Below are positions 13,736-27,364 of a stretch of 64,000 nucleotides of DNA, piece after piece. The position numbers and the translations under genes are program-made. Source of the DNA: Octopus sinensis (lineage: Eukaryota); NCBI RefSeq assembly GCF_006345805.1, contig NC_043005.1:31558001-31622000 (forward strand). Reading direction: 5' to 3'. How positions within the stretch are numbered: position 1 is the stretch's first letter; every line of letters begins with the position of its first letter. Below the pieces are notes generated by a model. That model did no database searches. It was given only the letters and a program-made list of their open reading frames with translations, and was not told the DNA's origin.

Positions 13736-14049
13736 GTACGTGTTGGTCAAATATTATGTACGTAACAGTACAAAACAATAGCAAAAGTTTAATGTCCTTT
13801 CAATATTCATAGATATTTCACTGATATAATTGACACGGATTCTTTTTCAAAAGTAAAAAAAAAACCCCTTCAATTTAAAGTTACACCAGCAGACACATGA
13901 ATGGCAGAATGAATAAAATAACTTAGCTCCACAGCATGATATCTACATGAATACAACTCTGGTGGTGTCAAAACAAGAAGCATTAGATGTTAGATGTTAA
14001 CTGTTTGGCATTTATAAAACAACTATACAAAAACCGGTTAACCTCTAGT

Positions 14050-14445
14050 GTTTGACCCGAGCAAAAATATGAAAAAAAATAGTGTCAAAGGTGTAAAACA
14101 ACATGTAGTAAACGAGTATGAAAAAAATGCACGCTGGCGAACGGGAGAGGGGGAGACGACTCGGAAAATTCACATCGGGGTGTTCCGTGTCCTCTCACAA
14201 CTTCCCCGTTCCTCGGCGTAATGTTTTCTTCATAAACGTTTACTACACAGTATCTTACATCTAGTAGACTATTATTTTTTCAATTTTTGTGACAGTGGGT
14301 GGGTCCAGTAACACGACTTCGACACCCGGTCACAAAAATGAAAAGAAAATTGTGTAATAGGTGTAAAACAACATGTAGTAAACGAACAGGAAAAATGCGC
14401 GCTGGCGAACGCGGGGAGGGGGTAGAAAGGACTCGGAAAAATCAC
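14050..14445 (+). repeat. Diverged direct duplication of a ~120-bp segment
   Basis: ggtgtaaaacaacatgtagtaaacga...aaaaatgc.cgctggcgaacg...gactcggaaaa occurs at ~14090-14170 and ~14360-14440. Confidence 0.75.
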
Positions 14446-14729
14446 TTGCCCAAAGTTTCATGCAGTGGGACTGAACCCGGAACCGTGTGGTTGGGAAGAA
14501 TATCCATTTTCTTGAGGGAAAAAATCGGATCGTGTGAAATGTCCTGGTCCTCCCCACCCCCGTTCACCAACATGTGTCTTCAACTATAGCCTCGAGCCGA
14601 TCAATGCTTTCTGGCGGTCGAAGGTGGAATTTCAGATGAAAAATTATCTATGCTATACACGAAGATGAAAACAAAAATTTGCGCACAAACTTTTTTCGAT
14701 TCTGTCTTCTGCATAATAGTATTAACAAA

Positions 14730-15015
14730 AACAGTTGCAACATAGATGTTTGTAAGCCATTCAAGAACACACACACACAAAAACCATTAGTTTCTCTGCA
14801 ACATTTAAATTTAATTTCAATCTCAATATTTTTCGTCGCTTTGAAACCGAGACTTGTTCACCGACAAAACAGGTGCAGCACGAATTTTTGTCAGGGTTTT
14901 GTCGCGGTTTCAAAGAACGAAAATATTTAGACAGAGATGAAATTTAAATGTTGCAGTGAAAGTAACGGTTTTTTTTTTTGTTCTGGAATTGCTTACAAAC
15001 ATCTTACACGCTGAA
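14730..15015. mobile_element. Foldback MITE, fuller copy of the 12737-12938 family
   Basis: agatgtttgtaagc (14744-14757) pairs with gcttacaaacatct (14991-15004). Inner arms gcaacatttaaattt...tcgtcgctttgaaaccg and cgcggtttcaaagaacga...aaatttaaatgttgc also pair. Confidence 0.75.
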
Positions 15016-16479
15016 AATTATTTAAAATATTCACCCTTACCCTGCCCCTAATTACAAAACTTGCCATTGTTCTTCACTTTTTATTTGATTCTTTATACGG
15101 AGGGTTCATGTTATTAAAATAAATTATCTTTTACATTCCTTTAAATAGTTACGAGTAAAAAATTTACTAATAGAGAATGATGTTATAGAAATAATTATAC
15201 TCTGTGCGTTGCCCATTTCTTCGGTACAAACAGCAAGTCCATTTCTTGCGTACAAACAAGTCCGTTTCTTGGGTATAAACAACAAGTCCTTATATATATA
15301 TATATATATATATATAACAGCGGTGCATCAACATGGCCGCAGCTCTGAGCTGAAACTAGAGAGAAAAAAATATATATCTATATATTCAAAATAGATTATA
15401 TAAATAGATGATATTTAATGAAATTCGGAATAACGAATACATAAAAAAGATTTTAAAGGAATTTTAGAAATATTTGGGGGATCTTTGATAGATTTAATAT
15501 AATGCAACGATATGTCTATCACTTGTATTTGTATAATAACGGGAGAGTATTCGAATATTTTGCCGGTTGTGCAACTAGTACTTCTTTACATGAATATGTG
15601 CACTGGTTAGCTCGCTGTCTGATATATGTTAGATGAGTTCATAACTTTATTCATTAAATGATCATTTATTTTAACGTGGTATGTGTAAACATGTAAATGA
15701 AGTATTATTTGAGGTAAACCCTTGAGATCGTCAGTGCAGTGGTTGTGTGAGATGTATAGGCAGGACTTGAATAACATATACAAAAATCACAACTATATAG
15801 TATATAGCATATGAAAGCTTTAGTTTTGAACATTATATAAAAAAAACCACAACTATATAGTATATCGCATATGAAAGCTTCAGTTATAAAGTTTGTGTCA
15901 AAGTGGAGGTTAATCCGAAATAAGCATGTATTGTGACTTTTTCCGATGGTGTCCCTAAAGTTCTTGTGCTGTAAAATATAACATCAAACGCTTTAAATCT
16001 ATTTTTTATTCGTAAATAAGGATAGATAATCTACAACATAAAACCAAAGGCAAGCATATCGGTTGTATTTGTTCCATATATTTTTTAATATCCTCTCGAA
16101 TTAACTAGTACTCATTCATTAAGGAACGAGCACGCTGGACTATAATTTGTTTTTAAAAAATGTGATTAAGATGTTTTAATTATCCAAGATCGATCTTTAC
16201 AGAATTTGCTTAAAAAAACAGCCTGTCACGACTATTTGAAAACCCAGCATTGAATTCAGCTGATACCAAACGCATGAGAAAAAAATTAAAATCTTAGGGA
16301 TGTAATCCTAAAAACAGCAGATAAAGTATTTGTAAAGATAAATATTTTGACAGAAAGAGTACATCTTGTTTTTTTATGTTTAAAACGCATTAAATATTAA
16401 ATACTGGCATTTTTCTATAAAATCGCGGCATAGCACTGAAAAAGATCAGAATTTTCTCTAAATTTGAATATAAATTTGC

Positions 16480-17915
16480 ATAAACCAAAAGAGCAAAAGA
16501 AAAACATAATTTTTTAAAAATTGGAAGTGTTGAATCACAAGAAAGAGAACCCGTTGGCGACACAGGAGGAACTGAAGCAGAATTTCAAAACACCAATAGG
16601 AGTTAGTAATAATATTCTAAAGAACAAATCCAAATATTATCAAAAAAGATCACGAAGAGCAGAAGAATTTAATAAATTCGAATGTTACAAAAGCTATCCA
16701 CAATCCACTTTATGAGCGGATTCAGAAAAAAGATCAAATTTTCACACAGTAACTATGATATGCTGAAGAGTATGGCTCTTAAAATTGCAGATCGTCTTCA
16801 AATTAAAGATTTTAAAGCTTCACAAACGTGGATTACACGGTTTAAAGAAAATTACAATACTTTTCTGTGTGAATAGAACTGGCGGGAAAATAATGTCTCT
16901 TATAATCGGTAAATTCAAATCTCCACAGATTAACATAGAAGCTTTGGGACTAGATTACTCATAGCGGAAAATCTTGGATGACTGGTTTTATATTTAGAGA
17001 TTGGTTGGAAAGAGGCTTAATGAAAAGTGGTTACAGATAATAGGAAAATACTTCTTTTACTCGACAATACCGCCGTTCATTACATCGATATCAATTTGAG
17101 CTATATAGAACTACATTAAGTGCACATCAAAAATACAGCCTATTGATGAAGGTATTATTCGTTCTTTTAAATCCTCTTACAGAAAGATTTTCTTAAGGAA
17201 TTTAGGTATGATAAACGAGGAATATACTAATTTCATTGATGAGATTAAGAAATTCAAGTTATTCAATGCTCTTCCCCTTATAATTGAGGCATGGAATTCT
17301 GTTTCGGTCGCTACAATAAAAAATTATATTAATCATGCCTTCAAAAATTGGGAAGAAACAAATAAAAGTACTTAAATACCGGCCAGAAACATGGTTGTTA
17401 GGGAAAATTCAATCGAAACTGATAAGAAACAGCATTCTATGATAATTTTAATCTACCTGTCTAGGCTGACGATAATCTACTAGATGAACTTTCCATAGAA
17501 AACTTTGTTATCAATGATGAGCTCGAAATTTTTGATGAATTGGAAAATCAAACAAAGTAAAGTGAAAAAAATCGATTTTTCCGATGCGCTTTATCATCTT
17601 GAACAGCTAGAAAAACTTTCCTTACAGTAAAATGGAAAAGTGGTGAAACAAGTTGCTGTCTTGAGAAGAATTTGATTCGAAATGAAAATAAGGAAATCAG
17701 TCAAGATAAGAGATGTTTTTAGAAAATAATAATTAAATTTTTCATCATATTCCTTATAAAACCATAACTATAGTTTAAATCAAAGAAATGAGTGCGTGGT
17801 ATTACAAGCAATACATCATTCTTTACTATATTCTTCCATTTTCGTTAAATTCATTTAGCGAAAATGATTTTTTGACCTTAGTGTGGTTTTCGTTAAATGA
17901 TAATTTGACTGTGTA
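16480..17915 (+). mobile_element. Tigger/pogo-type DNA transposon, decayed CENP-B-like HTH and DDE_1 transposase
   Basis: MLKSMALKIADRLQIKDFKASQTWITRFKENYN, IIGKFKSP, KSWMTGFIFRDW, RKILLLLDNTAVH and QPIDEGIIRSFKSSYRK. The right end cgttaaatgataatttgactgtg resembles a Tigger TIR. Confidence 0.85.
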
Positions 17916-17999
17916 TATATAATATATATAAACTAGCTTAGAGAAGAAGAAACGAAACGAAACCAAATGAATAGAATCGAATCGACGCGAAGGCGCTCA

Positions 18000-18183
18000 G
18001 TCATACAATAGTGTAATAAATAAAATATATGCATACATACAAACATATATGTACGTACCTACATCTACATGTATATATACATGCATATATAAATATATAT
18101 ACGTGTGTACAGGACACCACAAATAAACGTAGAACTCAACGAGAAACGAAAACGTATACATATACATATACACACATACATGC

Positions 18184-18214
<31 letters not shown>

Positions 18215-18249
18215 ATAATATATATATATATACATCATATATATACAAC

Positions 18250-18303
<54 letters not shown>

Positions 18304-18316
18304 GTATATATGTATA

Positions 18317-18390
<74 letters not shown>
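18000..18390. repeat. (TA)n-rich microsatellite region
   Basis: Long imperfect TA runs that explain the IY-repeat ORFs. It includes a short dispersed repeat at 18100-18160 that recurs inverted at ~63500-63560. Confidence 0.9.
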
Positions 18391-18395
<5 letters not shown>

Positions 18396-18722
18396 GCTCA
18401 GTGGTTAGAGCGTCGAGCCTACGATCGTGAGGTTGTAAGTTCGAATCCCGGACCGGGCTGCGTGTTGTGTTCTTGAGCAAGACACTTTATTTCACGTTGC
18501 TTCAGTTCACTCAGCTGTAGAAATGAGTTGCGACGTCACAGGTGCCAAGCTGTATCGACCTTTGCCTTTCCCTTGGATAACACTGGTGGCGTGGAGAGGG
18601 GAGGCTGGTATGCATGGGCGACTGCTGGCCTTCCATAAACAACCTTGCCGGACTTGTGTCTAGGAGGGTAACTTTCTAGGTGCAATCCCATGGTCATTCA
18701 TGACCGAAGGGGGTCTTTACCC
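18391..18722 (+). mobile_element. tRNA-derived SINE (third family), full length
   Basis: Clear Pol III A box TGGCTCAGTGG and B box GTTCGAATCCC, then gtgttcttgagcaagacacttt. A second copy lies at 27365-27670. Confidence 0.85.
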
Positions 18723-18747
18723 TTATATATATATTATATATGTATAT

Positions 18748-18799
<52 letters not shown>

Positions 18800-18884
18800 T
18801 ATAATATATATATATATGTATGTATGTATATATATAATATATATATATTATATATAGTATGTATGTATATATATATACATATAT

Positions 18885-20525
18885 TATACTTTGATACTTT
18901 GATACTTTGATAGGTTTCGGCCATTATTGGCCCAGGCCATGTCTAACTTAATAGCACCACCTGGTGAAGTCTTTCAAGTCAGAATTTGGGCACTATGGCC
19001 CACTCAAGTAGAGAGTTATTGTTTACAGAGACATATCCGGGTGTAGGGGGTTTATCCGGGATTTCTTGAAGGAATCTGTCCAAAGACTTCTTGAACCCTA
19101 TAGGGTCAGTTTCTGTTTTAATGTGTTTTGGTGTGTAATGTTAAAGAGAGCGGGGCAATTGAGGTGAAATAGTTGTGCCGTATTGTTGTTATGAGATGAG
19201 AGTGCGATTTTTGTTTTGGGCGGATGGCACGGGGCCCAAGCCTTGGATGTACCTTAAAGGTGATGCCAACATCATTTGGGCAATGCTGATGGAATATTTT
19301 CCACATCATGCAGATGATGTAGCGCTCACGACGACGTTGGAGAGAATAGAGTTTTAGCTTTTCTAGTCGACCCCAATAGTCGAGCCTGTCATGCCATCTA
19401 TCTTTTTTGTGATTGCCCTTTGAGGTGCTTCAACTTTTATGATACCTTGTATTGTGTGGGGAGACCACAGTGGACAACAGTATTCAAGGTGGGGTCGGGC
19501 AAAAGTGGAGAAGAGAAGGATAATGGTGTGGATATCTCTCGACTGGAAAGTTTGAGAATCCAGGAACACATTCTGCGGGCCATGTCAACTTTGGTGTTTA
19601 TATGAGTGGCCCAGCTTACGTTGTTGTCCACATTACTCCCAAGTCTCTGATGTTGTTGGACGCCGCGAGAGTTTCACCTGAAGGAAGGGAGTATGGGAGT
19701 TTCAGGGCATCCTCTTTTCCAAAGTGGATTAGCTCAAATTTATCCTCGTTCAGCAGCATATTGTTTTTTTCTGCCATTGGATAACAGCCAGTAGATCTGA
19801 CTGAAGGCATGTCCGGTCACTCGCCTCATTTATGACCTTCTGTAGCTTGGAGTCATCTGCAAAGATTTTTATGTTGCTGTGCTTGATGATGTCATTAATG
19901 TCATTAACGTAAATGATGAAAAGAAGTGGCCCAGCACAGTGCCTTGCGGAACGCCACTACTGACTTGATTTTACCCCTTCAACTACAACATGTTGAGATC
20001 TGTCTGTCAGGAAACACTTAATCCATTTCAGTAACTTTCCAGAGACACAATGTTGGATAGTTTTTTCAATAGGATCTTGTGATCGACCCTGTCGAAGGCC
20101 TACTGAAATCAAGGTAGATGACATCGGTGTTGGAGCCCTCTCCCAAAGCTCTCAAAATGTCCTCAAAGTGATGCAGGAGCTGCGTTAGGCAGTCCCTTCC
20201 ATTACGGAACCCATGTTGGTTGGAGATCAGCCGTCTGTTGCTTTCCAGAAATTGGGTTATTCGAGATCTCACCACCCTCTCAAATACCTTGATGATATGA
20301 GAGGTGAGTGAGATCGGACGGTAATTCACTGCAAGGGACTTGTTTCCTTTTTGAAAACTGGGACAACAGACTGGGACAGAAGGTTTTTTGGAATATAGCC
20401 AGCATCCAGTGAGTTTCTCCACAGATTAGCAAGGGGAGATGCAAGTTGGTGTCGACACACCTTCAGGACACAAGCAGGGAACCTATCGGGGCCTACTGCT
20501 GAATGGTTTTATTTCGTTATCGCCG

Positions 20526-20527
<2 letters not shown>
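18885..20527 (-). mobile_element. CR1/L2-superclade LINE, 5'-truncated RT and 3' end
   Basis: VNYRPISLTSHIIKVFERVV, QHGFRNGRDCLTQLL, VIYLDFS(KAFD), SGVPQGTVLGPLLF, FADDSKL and RPHLEYCCPLWSP. The tail is a tandem ATCAAAGT repeat at 18885-18912. Confidence 0.9.
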
Positions 20528-20566
<39 letters not shown>

Positions 20567-20594
20567 ATATATTATATATATATATACATGTATG

Positions 20595-20640
<46 letters not shown>

Positions 20641-20743
20641 GTTGTATGTATATAATATACATATATATATATGTATGTATGTATATATATATACATATCT
20701 ATATATATATGTATGTATATATATATACATATATATATATATA

Positions 20744-20828
<85 letters not shown>

Positions 20829-20830
20829 GG
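20527..20830. repeat. (TA)n microsatellite
   Basis: About 300 bp of imperfect TA repeat. Confidence 0.95.
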
Positions 20831-20878
20831 AAAAAAATCAAGATAGAAAATACTAAAATAATTTTATAAAAAACATTT

Positions 20879-20914
20879 CAGTACCGGTTTCAGTCATTGA
20901 GACTTTTTCAACTA
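20879..20914 (-). ncRNA. Minimal type I hammerhead ribozyme motif, U3-A8 core variant
   Basis: Minus strand reads UAG-UUGAAAA-AGUC(UCAAU)GACU-GAAAC-CG-GUA-CUG: 4-bp stem II, palindromic ACCGGU stem III, GUA site and a short stem I. Confidence 0.55.
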
Positions 20915-21480
20915 TAAGTATGGAAAACAATTACATTTTGGAAAAATTGAAAGAAAATTTTTTTAAAAAAATATTTGCATAGTTTTCAAATACAAGTGGC
21001 ATTTTCCTTGTTTCTACCTGTCTCTGTCTCTCTTGTTTACTCTTGTGGGTTCGAGGTCGTTGTGAATTTTTGGTAGAGAAGAAGAAGAAGAAGAAGAAGA
21101 AGAAGAAGAAGAAGAAGAAGAAGAAGAAGAAGAAGAATGTGGGAGTGCCAGTAGAATGGACAAGTGATCCGTTGTGGGTGGTAGCAGTAATTGTTGAATT
21201 CTGAAACATCTCTTTTGAATGTTTTGTTTATAAAATTTGCGTGGGTGTTATTCTAAACAGTTGTTCCTTAAAAGTCCTATCTGCCTGTCATATATCAAGA
21301 GATGTGTTATGGCTGAAAATCTGTTGATTAACTGCTTTGAATCAATGGTTGGAGTGGAACTGTGGTTTTACTATTGAAGTTTATGAGATTGCCATTTGAG
21401 TTCTATGTACTGTTGATTTATTCTTCATGGTTGGTTACACTTATGATTGTCTTTGGGTGACCTTTAAGAATTTACCGGTC
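20915..21480 (-). mobile_element. Possible Penelope-like 3' fragment/pLTR, interrupted by (GAA)n
   Basis: Decayed minus-strand reading with weak GIY-YIG-like wording (QYIELKWQSHK), located next to a hammerhead motif. (GAA)n at 21075-21136. Confidence 0.35.
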
Positions 21481-24400
21481 ATTCGGTTGGTTGGCTTACA
21501 TGTACACATACTTAGTTTTGTATATATCTACATTTATACACACTCATACGTACAGATACATGCTCACACACATATATATACATCTTTGTACATACTCATG
21601 CTCGGACACAGACACCAACACACACACATATACAGGTACACATACAGAGCTTCCCTCCACCCAATTTAATTCGTAGGCTTGGATTATCCTGAGACAATAG
21701 TAAAAGGTATCCAAGATGTCATGCTGTGGATTGGTACCTGTAACCTCCTAAATGCAAAAATAACAATGACCATTCGGCCAATACATGTTTCTGGGCGCAA
21801 TCGTGAGAAAGCGCATTTAATACATTTAAAGTTTATTTAGTAGGAAGCAGCTGACCATTCTTTCCGTTGTTACTGTGATTCTCGTGCAAACGTGACATCT
21901 TTCAGGTAGCATAATGATCTAAATCATGGTCCATTTCCGTTTTAGAAATTTGAGAGTGTACACATTGATTATCGTAGACATTCTCTTCCCCTAACAACTG
22001 TTGTCCCTCGTGACTTCTACTATTCCTTATACTTATTTTGTTATTCTCTACTTTTATCCAGCACAACAGATAAATGTATTTCGATCTCTCTCCGTTCTTT
22101 TCTCGCATAAAAAGAATTTATTTCAATTCGTAAACCTTTGTCACTTATTCACACAAACCATTATTAGTCACCCCGAGTGGATTTATTGCTTCATTATCAC
22201 CAACGTGTGTATGAGAGAGAGAGAGAGAGAGAGAGTCAGATGTACGTATCTCTGTGTGCAGTAAGAACGTGGCACTGTATGTGAACTTGTGTTGTTATAT
22301 GTATTTGTGTGTATATGTCGATCTGTGAAATGTTTAAAATAATCAATTGCAACAAAGACAATAAAGGGGGGGTAACTCAAGAAAAACTCAACCAATAGAC
22401 CAAAAGAGCTCGATTAAGTAAATATCAGATTAAGTTTTGTCATTGATGTAATTTCTAAACACATATATAGACCGACCTCCAACATAACCATGCTCCAGAC
22501 AGTAAAAGAATAAAAAAGGTAAACATAAATTGACTAACAATTTAAACTATGTGTTGTTTCGTCGTATAAAATAGGGTGGTTAATACGATTTTGTCCATAA
22601 ATCACGTTTTCAAAATTTTAATCTCCATCGCAATTTCTTCATTTGTAATTTTTTCGATTTTTTTTTATCGTTATCTACGTAGAAAAATACAGAGAATACG
22701 AATCTGGAAAATATATATTTTCTCTTATAGTTTAATTTTTCATAAAGAAACACTCAATGCCCTTCCCCACTTCGCCCACCCATCATCTACCAACTTTCAA
22801 AAAGCTAAAATCTCCCAATCTTTCACTTTTGTCTAATGTTTCCTGCATGCGCAGAATTCTACTGAAATAGCCAACTTAAAAAAATACCAGACAACCACCA
22901 AGAAAACTCGACGTGCTAGAAACAACAGGTAAACGATATTATTTCTGAAGAAACTTCCCCCCTTTCCAAAAAGTTAAAAGTGAAACATTGAGAGTGTGTA
23001 ACTTTTTAAAAGTGGTGGAGTGATGGGTAAAATTGCTAAAGATTCGTACTCTCTGATTTTTCTCAGTTGGAAGACCAAGAAAAATATTTGAAAAAAGTAA
23101 AAAATGAATTTGGTTTGGAGAAGGAGAAAGTTAAAATATTGAGAACGTGTTTTGCGGGTGAAGTCCTAATCCCCTGTATCGCAAACATAGGAGTCGGAAG
23201 AAAATTAGGAAAAAATATTGTGGGGCGGAGATGTCACCTCGGACATGCTAGAAAGAAGAGGTAAAAGACAGAATTACTAGGAAAATTTCCTTTTAAGTTT
23301 ATACCGAAGATCAGGGGTTTTTTTTAAGTACGCACATCACAAACACAAGTTACACAATATAAAAAGATCAATTCAATTAGATTGGAGCAATAAATTTGCG
23401 CGTGCACACAGTAATAAATAGCATAATTCGTACAGAAGTTCTACGTAGAGTGTGTATGTGTGTGTGTGTGGTGTGTGTGTGTGTGTGCATTGTGTGTCAA
23501 AGGAAGTTATTTTATGGCATTCGTTCGTTTGAAGAAGCAATGTTGTCAACTCGACATATATGGGATCAAATGATTGTTCGGTAATTTCTGTAATTTTTTA
23601 CTTTCTTTAAACTTTGAAGAGAGCAGAAATTAAAACAGAGGAGAAAGTGAAAAGGCGACATTTGCTTTGAAGTGAGAGGAGGAAGTGAAAAATGTATGTA
23701 CGTGTATATGAAATGGACGCATGTGAGAGAGAGAGAAAGAGAGAGAGAGTGAGTGAGTGAGTGAGTGAGTGAGTGAGTGAGTGAGTGGGTGGGTGAGTGA
23801 AGGTGTTGTTGTGATGTATGAATTTTCTTGGATGTATGTATAAGTGGCACTCACACGCTCTCTCTCTCTCACATTATCTTTCATACACACATACATAAAT
23901 AGGCGGAGGTTGAGAATATGCACACCACCCGTTTTCAATCTAAACGTACCCTAAACCTAAACCCTAACCCTAAACACCGGGTGTGTGTATTCTTTACCTT
24001 CGTCCATAAATACATATACATACATCTTTTTTGTGCGCACGTGTATGTGAGAGAGAGAGAGAGTGTGTGTGAGTGTGACTATTTCATCATGACATATAGA
24101 GAAATGGATATCTTTTAATGCATTTTTTGTTGCGACTTATTTTAATGCAATATTTATGTGTACATTTTCATAAATGTTTGTCTGAGTAGAATTCTACGCA
24201 TGTATAGAACTTCGGATAAAAGTAAAATGTTAGAAGCAAATCGAAACATTGTCCGAAAATGACCTCAAAACTGTGCAACCCAACCTAGTTTCCGAGGTTA
24301 TTTTAGTTGGAAAAAAGAGTTGTGCCAAAACATAATTTATTTGGTAGATAGATAATAAGCAGCTTTATTATAATATAGATGTGACTAATTCGGAGAAACA

Positions 24401-26087
24401 TTACTTTCATTATTCACACATCGTCACTCTCGTGTTTCAAATTTGAAGTGTGAAACTATCTTCACTTTCTAATAAAATCTGGTCGTTGTCGAGAAGTTAT
24501 TTGATATAGTTTGTTGAGATAACGTAAAAAGTATGTAAATGAAAATAAAGTTTTTTTGACATATGTGATTGATTGTTCTGGTCTTAACATCAGTTGGTAA
24601 GAATAGAAGTCATTTGACGAAGCTTTTTTGTTTGTACTTGGTTCTCCTGTGGCAGGTTCAATCCGTGGAATATTGGAATGATATCCATCTTGTCAATTCT
24701 ACAGAATAAGAGGATAGTGGAGAGCATCATTAAAAGGATGAGTTTATGAAACATGTTTAAAATTATCTCGAACACGAATGAGAATACATTAGCCATAAGG
24801 AAGGCAACTTCATTAGATGTGGGCTCATTAAACAGCGTAAATGTTCTTTACTATAGTTTCCTATAGAAAGAACGAACGCAGAAACACACACATTCTCACA
24901 GACATATACACATTCATAGAATTAATAATATTGAAAACAGCAAAACGTACGTACACGAAATTCAAGCGAAGCGAAACGTAGTCAATGTAGGTGCAAAACA
25001 TACTTTCTGTAGCTATAAAAAATGGAAAGTCGTTAATTTAGCAAAAGTTACTAAATGTAGTCAATATAGGTGTAAAACATACTTTCTGTAGCATAGTTAT
25101 GCTTTAAAAAATGGGAAGTCACCAATTTAGCAAGAAGAAAGTTGAAGTCCAAAAAAATTCAGAAGGCAAAAGTCAATTTTTCGAACAAAAATAATTTATT
25201 TTACAATTTTGAAACGAGCTCTGAACCAAGTGTATAGAAAGGAATATGCTGCTGTTGTGAACGTTAATTTAAAACATTTGCTGAAGGATTCATATAGCAA
25301 GACATAAATTAATTTGGCATTACTATATATTTTTTAACTGTGTAACGTTATAAGCTGTAGAATAAGTACTAACTAACGCAGTAAAAATGTTGTGTGGCGT
25401 TGATACTCACAGTGAAGAAAAAGCTTAGCATGAATATGATAAGGACTGTTAGTAAAGCATTATCTTCAAACTGGTTAAAAGGCGTGGAATAACATTTCTG
25501 TGATTATATTGAAAGAGACCCTGAGGCTTTCTACTCCACCAAGTTTTTCAGATATATTTTCAAGTATTGTAAGTGCTGTCAAATCAGCCAAATCTTCATG
25601 CTAGTAGCACTTCAATGTGAACACCGTTGTTCGTTAAAAGTCCTGGCCACAACTGAACTGTTTCAAAATCGATGCGTATTCTAGGACACACACACACAGA
25701 CATACATTAACGCACACCTCAAATCTGTCTCTGTCCCTGTGTATGTCTGTCTCTGTGTTTAGGTATGTGTGTGTCAGTCATCACAAAAATGTATGTATAC
25801 TGATAGACACATGCACCGTCACACACATATACTTGTCAGTCATCGGCCTAACGTAGGTAACGAACGCGCGAACACACTCATATAGAAAATGTGACGACGT
25901 TGTAGTGGCTGTATAAAATATCGTTTACGATAGGTGACTAAAAGAAAGATTATAATATCAAATTTTTGTAATGCAAATATGTGAATGAAAATATAGCTTA
26001 GTTGGTAATCAAAAGCTTACTGAATCTTTTGATACCCCATATGTCAAAATCGGCATCTCGGTTTTGGAATGCATAAGGAAGATACGC

Positions 26088-26090
26088 ACG

Positions 26091-26185
<95 letters not shown>
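26088..26185. repeat. (CA)n microsatellite
   Basis: About 45 CA units. Confidence 0.95.
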
Positions 26186-26186
<1 letters not shown>

Positions 26187-26374
26187 AACTCTCTTTTATA
26201 GATATAGATGAGACAAGTTATTTGTCCAGACATTTAACTGCTTTTTTTACTTTTGGAATGAATAATTAATATTCTAGCGAAAACTTTACAAACTTTACAA
26301 ACTTTTTATTTGAATAGCAATGCACATAATAAGCTTGATGCCATAACAACTTCAGGTACATATGTGTGTATGAG

Positions 26375-26417
<43 letters not shown>

Positions 26418-26469
26418 GCGCGCGCATGTGTGTATACGTATATATACAAGTAGCTGATTTAGTCTGTAC

Positions 26470-26890
26470 ATATATACTTTGGGAAATGGCAGAACAGTTC
26501 CCAAGCATCAATGGAGGTCTATATCGTGATGATTGTTTACTTTACCTTAAAAACTACAAAAAGCTAAGAATAGTTTAGTTAAGTTTTACCGTAGAGTTGA
26601 CTTAGGCATCGTTTTTTATTATAATGTAACGAAGGCCAACTTTTTAGATATTACACTTAACTTACCCAATAATTCGTACTTCCCACACCACAAACCATCG
26701 ACCAATCTTAAGTATATTAGCCAATTCAGTAATCATTCTATGGCAATCACTAGGAACTTAATTAAGAATATTTAATTTAGATTGTCTAAGTTATCTGCTA
26801 ATGTTGACATTTTCAATGGTAAGGCCGAATTTTATAACTCTGCCTTACTTAAAGCAGATTATACACAGAAAGTTACATACATTAATTCCA
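26470..26890 (+). mobile_element. Penelope-like RT fragment
   Basis: GGLYRDDCLL (catalytic YRDD), ANFLDITLNL, HKPSTNLKYI...SNH and RLSKLSANVDIF...YNSAL, typical of the Penelope RT thumb. Confidence 0.85.
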
Positions 26891-27039
26891 TTCAATCTTA
26901 TTCAACCTTTACTAATGGAGACATGAAATCTAGTTGTAAGGATATAAACGATATCAATTTTAATTTATATGCCAACACCAAACAGAGCAAGGGAGATAAA
27001 CCTTATTTAAACCCCTCTTTTCATTCTCAAGGTAAATCG

Positions 27040-27270
27040 TTGTATATATGTATATGTGTGGGTGTTTGTGTGTCTGTGTTTGTCCCCCAACATCGCCTGA
27101 CAACCGATGCTGGTGTCTTTACGTCCCCGTAAGTTAGCGGTTCGGCAAAAGAGACCGGTAGAATAAGTACTTGGCTTACAAAAAATAAGTCCTGGGGTCG
27201 ATTTTCTCGACTAAAGGCGGTGCTCCAGCATGATCGCAGTCAAATGTCTGAAACAAGTAAAATAGTAAAG
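27040..27270 (+). mobile_element. SINE 3' half (7492 family)
   Basis: tgtgtttgtcccccaacatcgc.tgacaaccgatgctggtg...agaataagtact.ggcttac...ggggtcgatt. Confidence 0.8.
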
Positions 27271-27364
27271 AGTAAAGAGTAAGGGAAAAATACACACATC
27301 TATTTATATGTATATATATATGTGTGTGTGTGTGTATCTACACACACACATGTGAAATGTGAAG

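Noticed and set aside
18391-18465. tRNA gene
   Set aside because: A/B boxes are present but there is no acceptor stem or terminator, and it continues into a SINE body repeated at 27365.
17997-20869. Many IY/YI, CV, TH, poly-F/K/R ORFs here and elsewhere
   Set aside because: They are translations of TA, CA, GAA and AAT microsatellites.
23945-23975. ccctaaacctaaaccctaaccctaaa telomere-like motif
   Set aside because: Only 3-4 imperfect units; such motifs are common inside non-autonomous transposons and do not mark a chromosome end.
24590-24796. 68-aa hydrophobic minus-strand ORF
   Set aside because: Short, no motif, and expected by chance in T-rich DNA.
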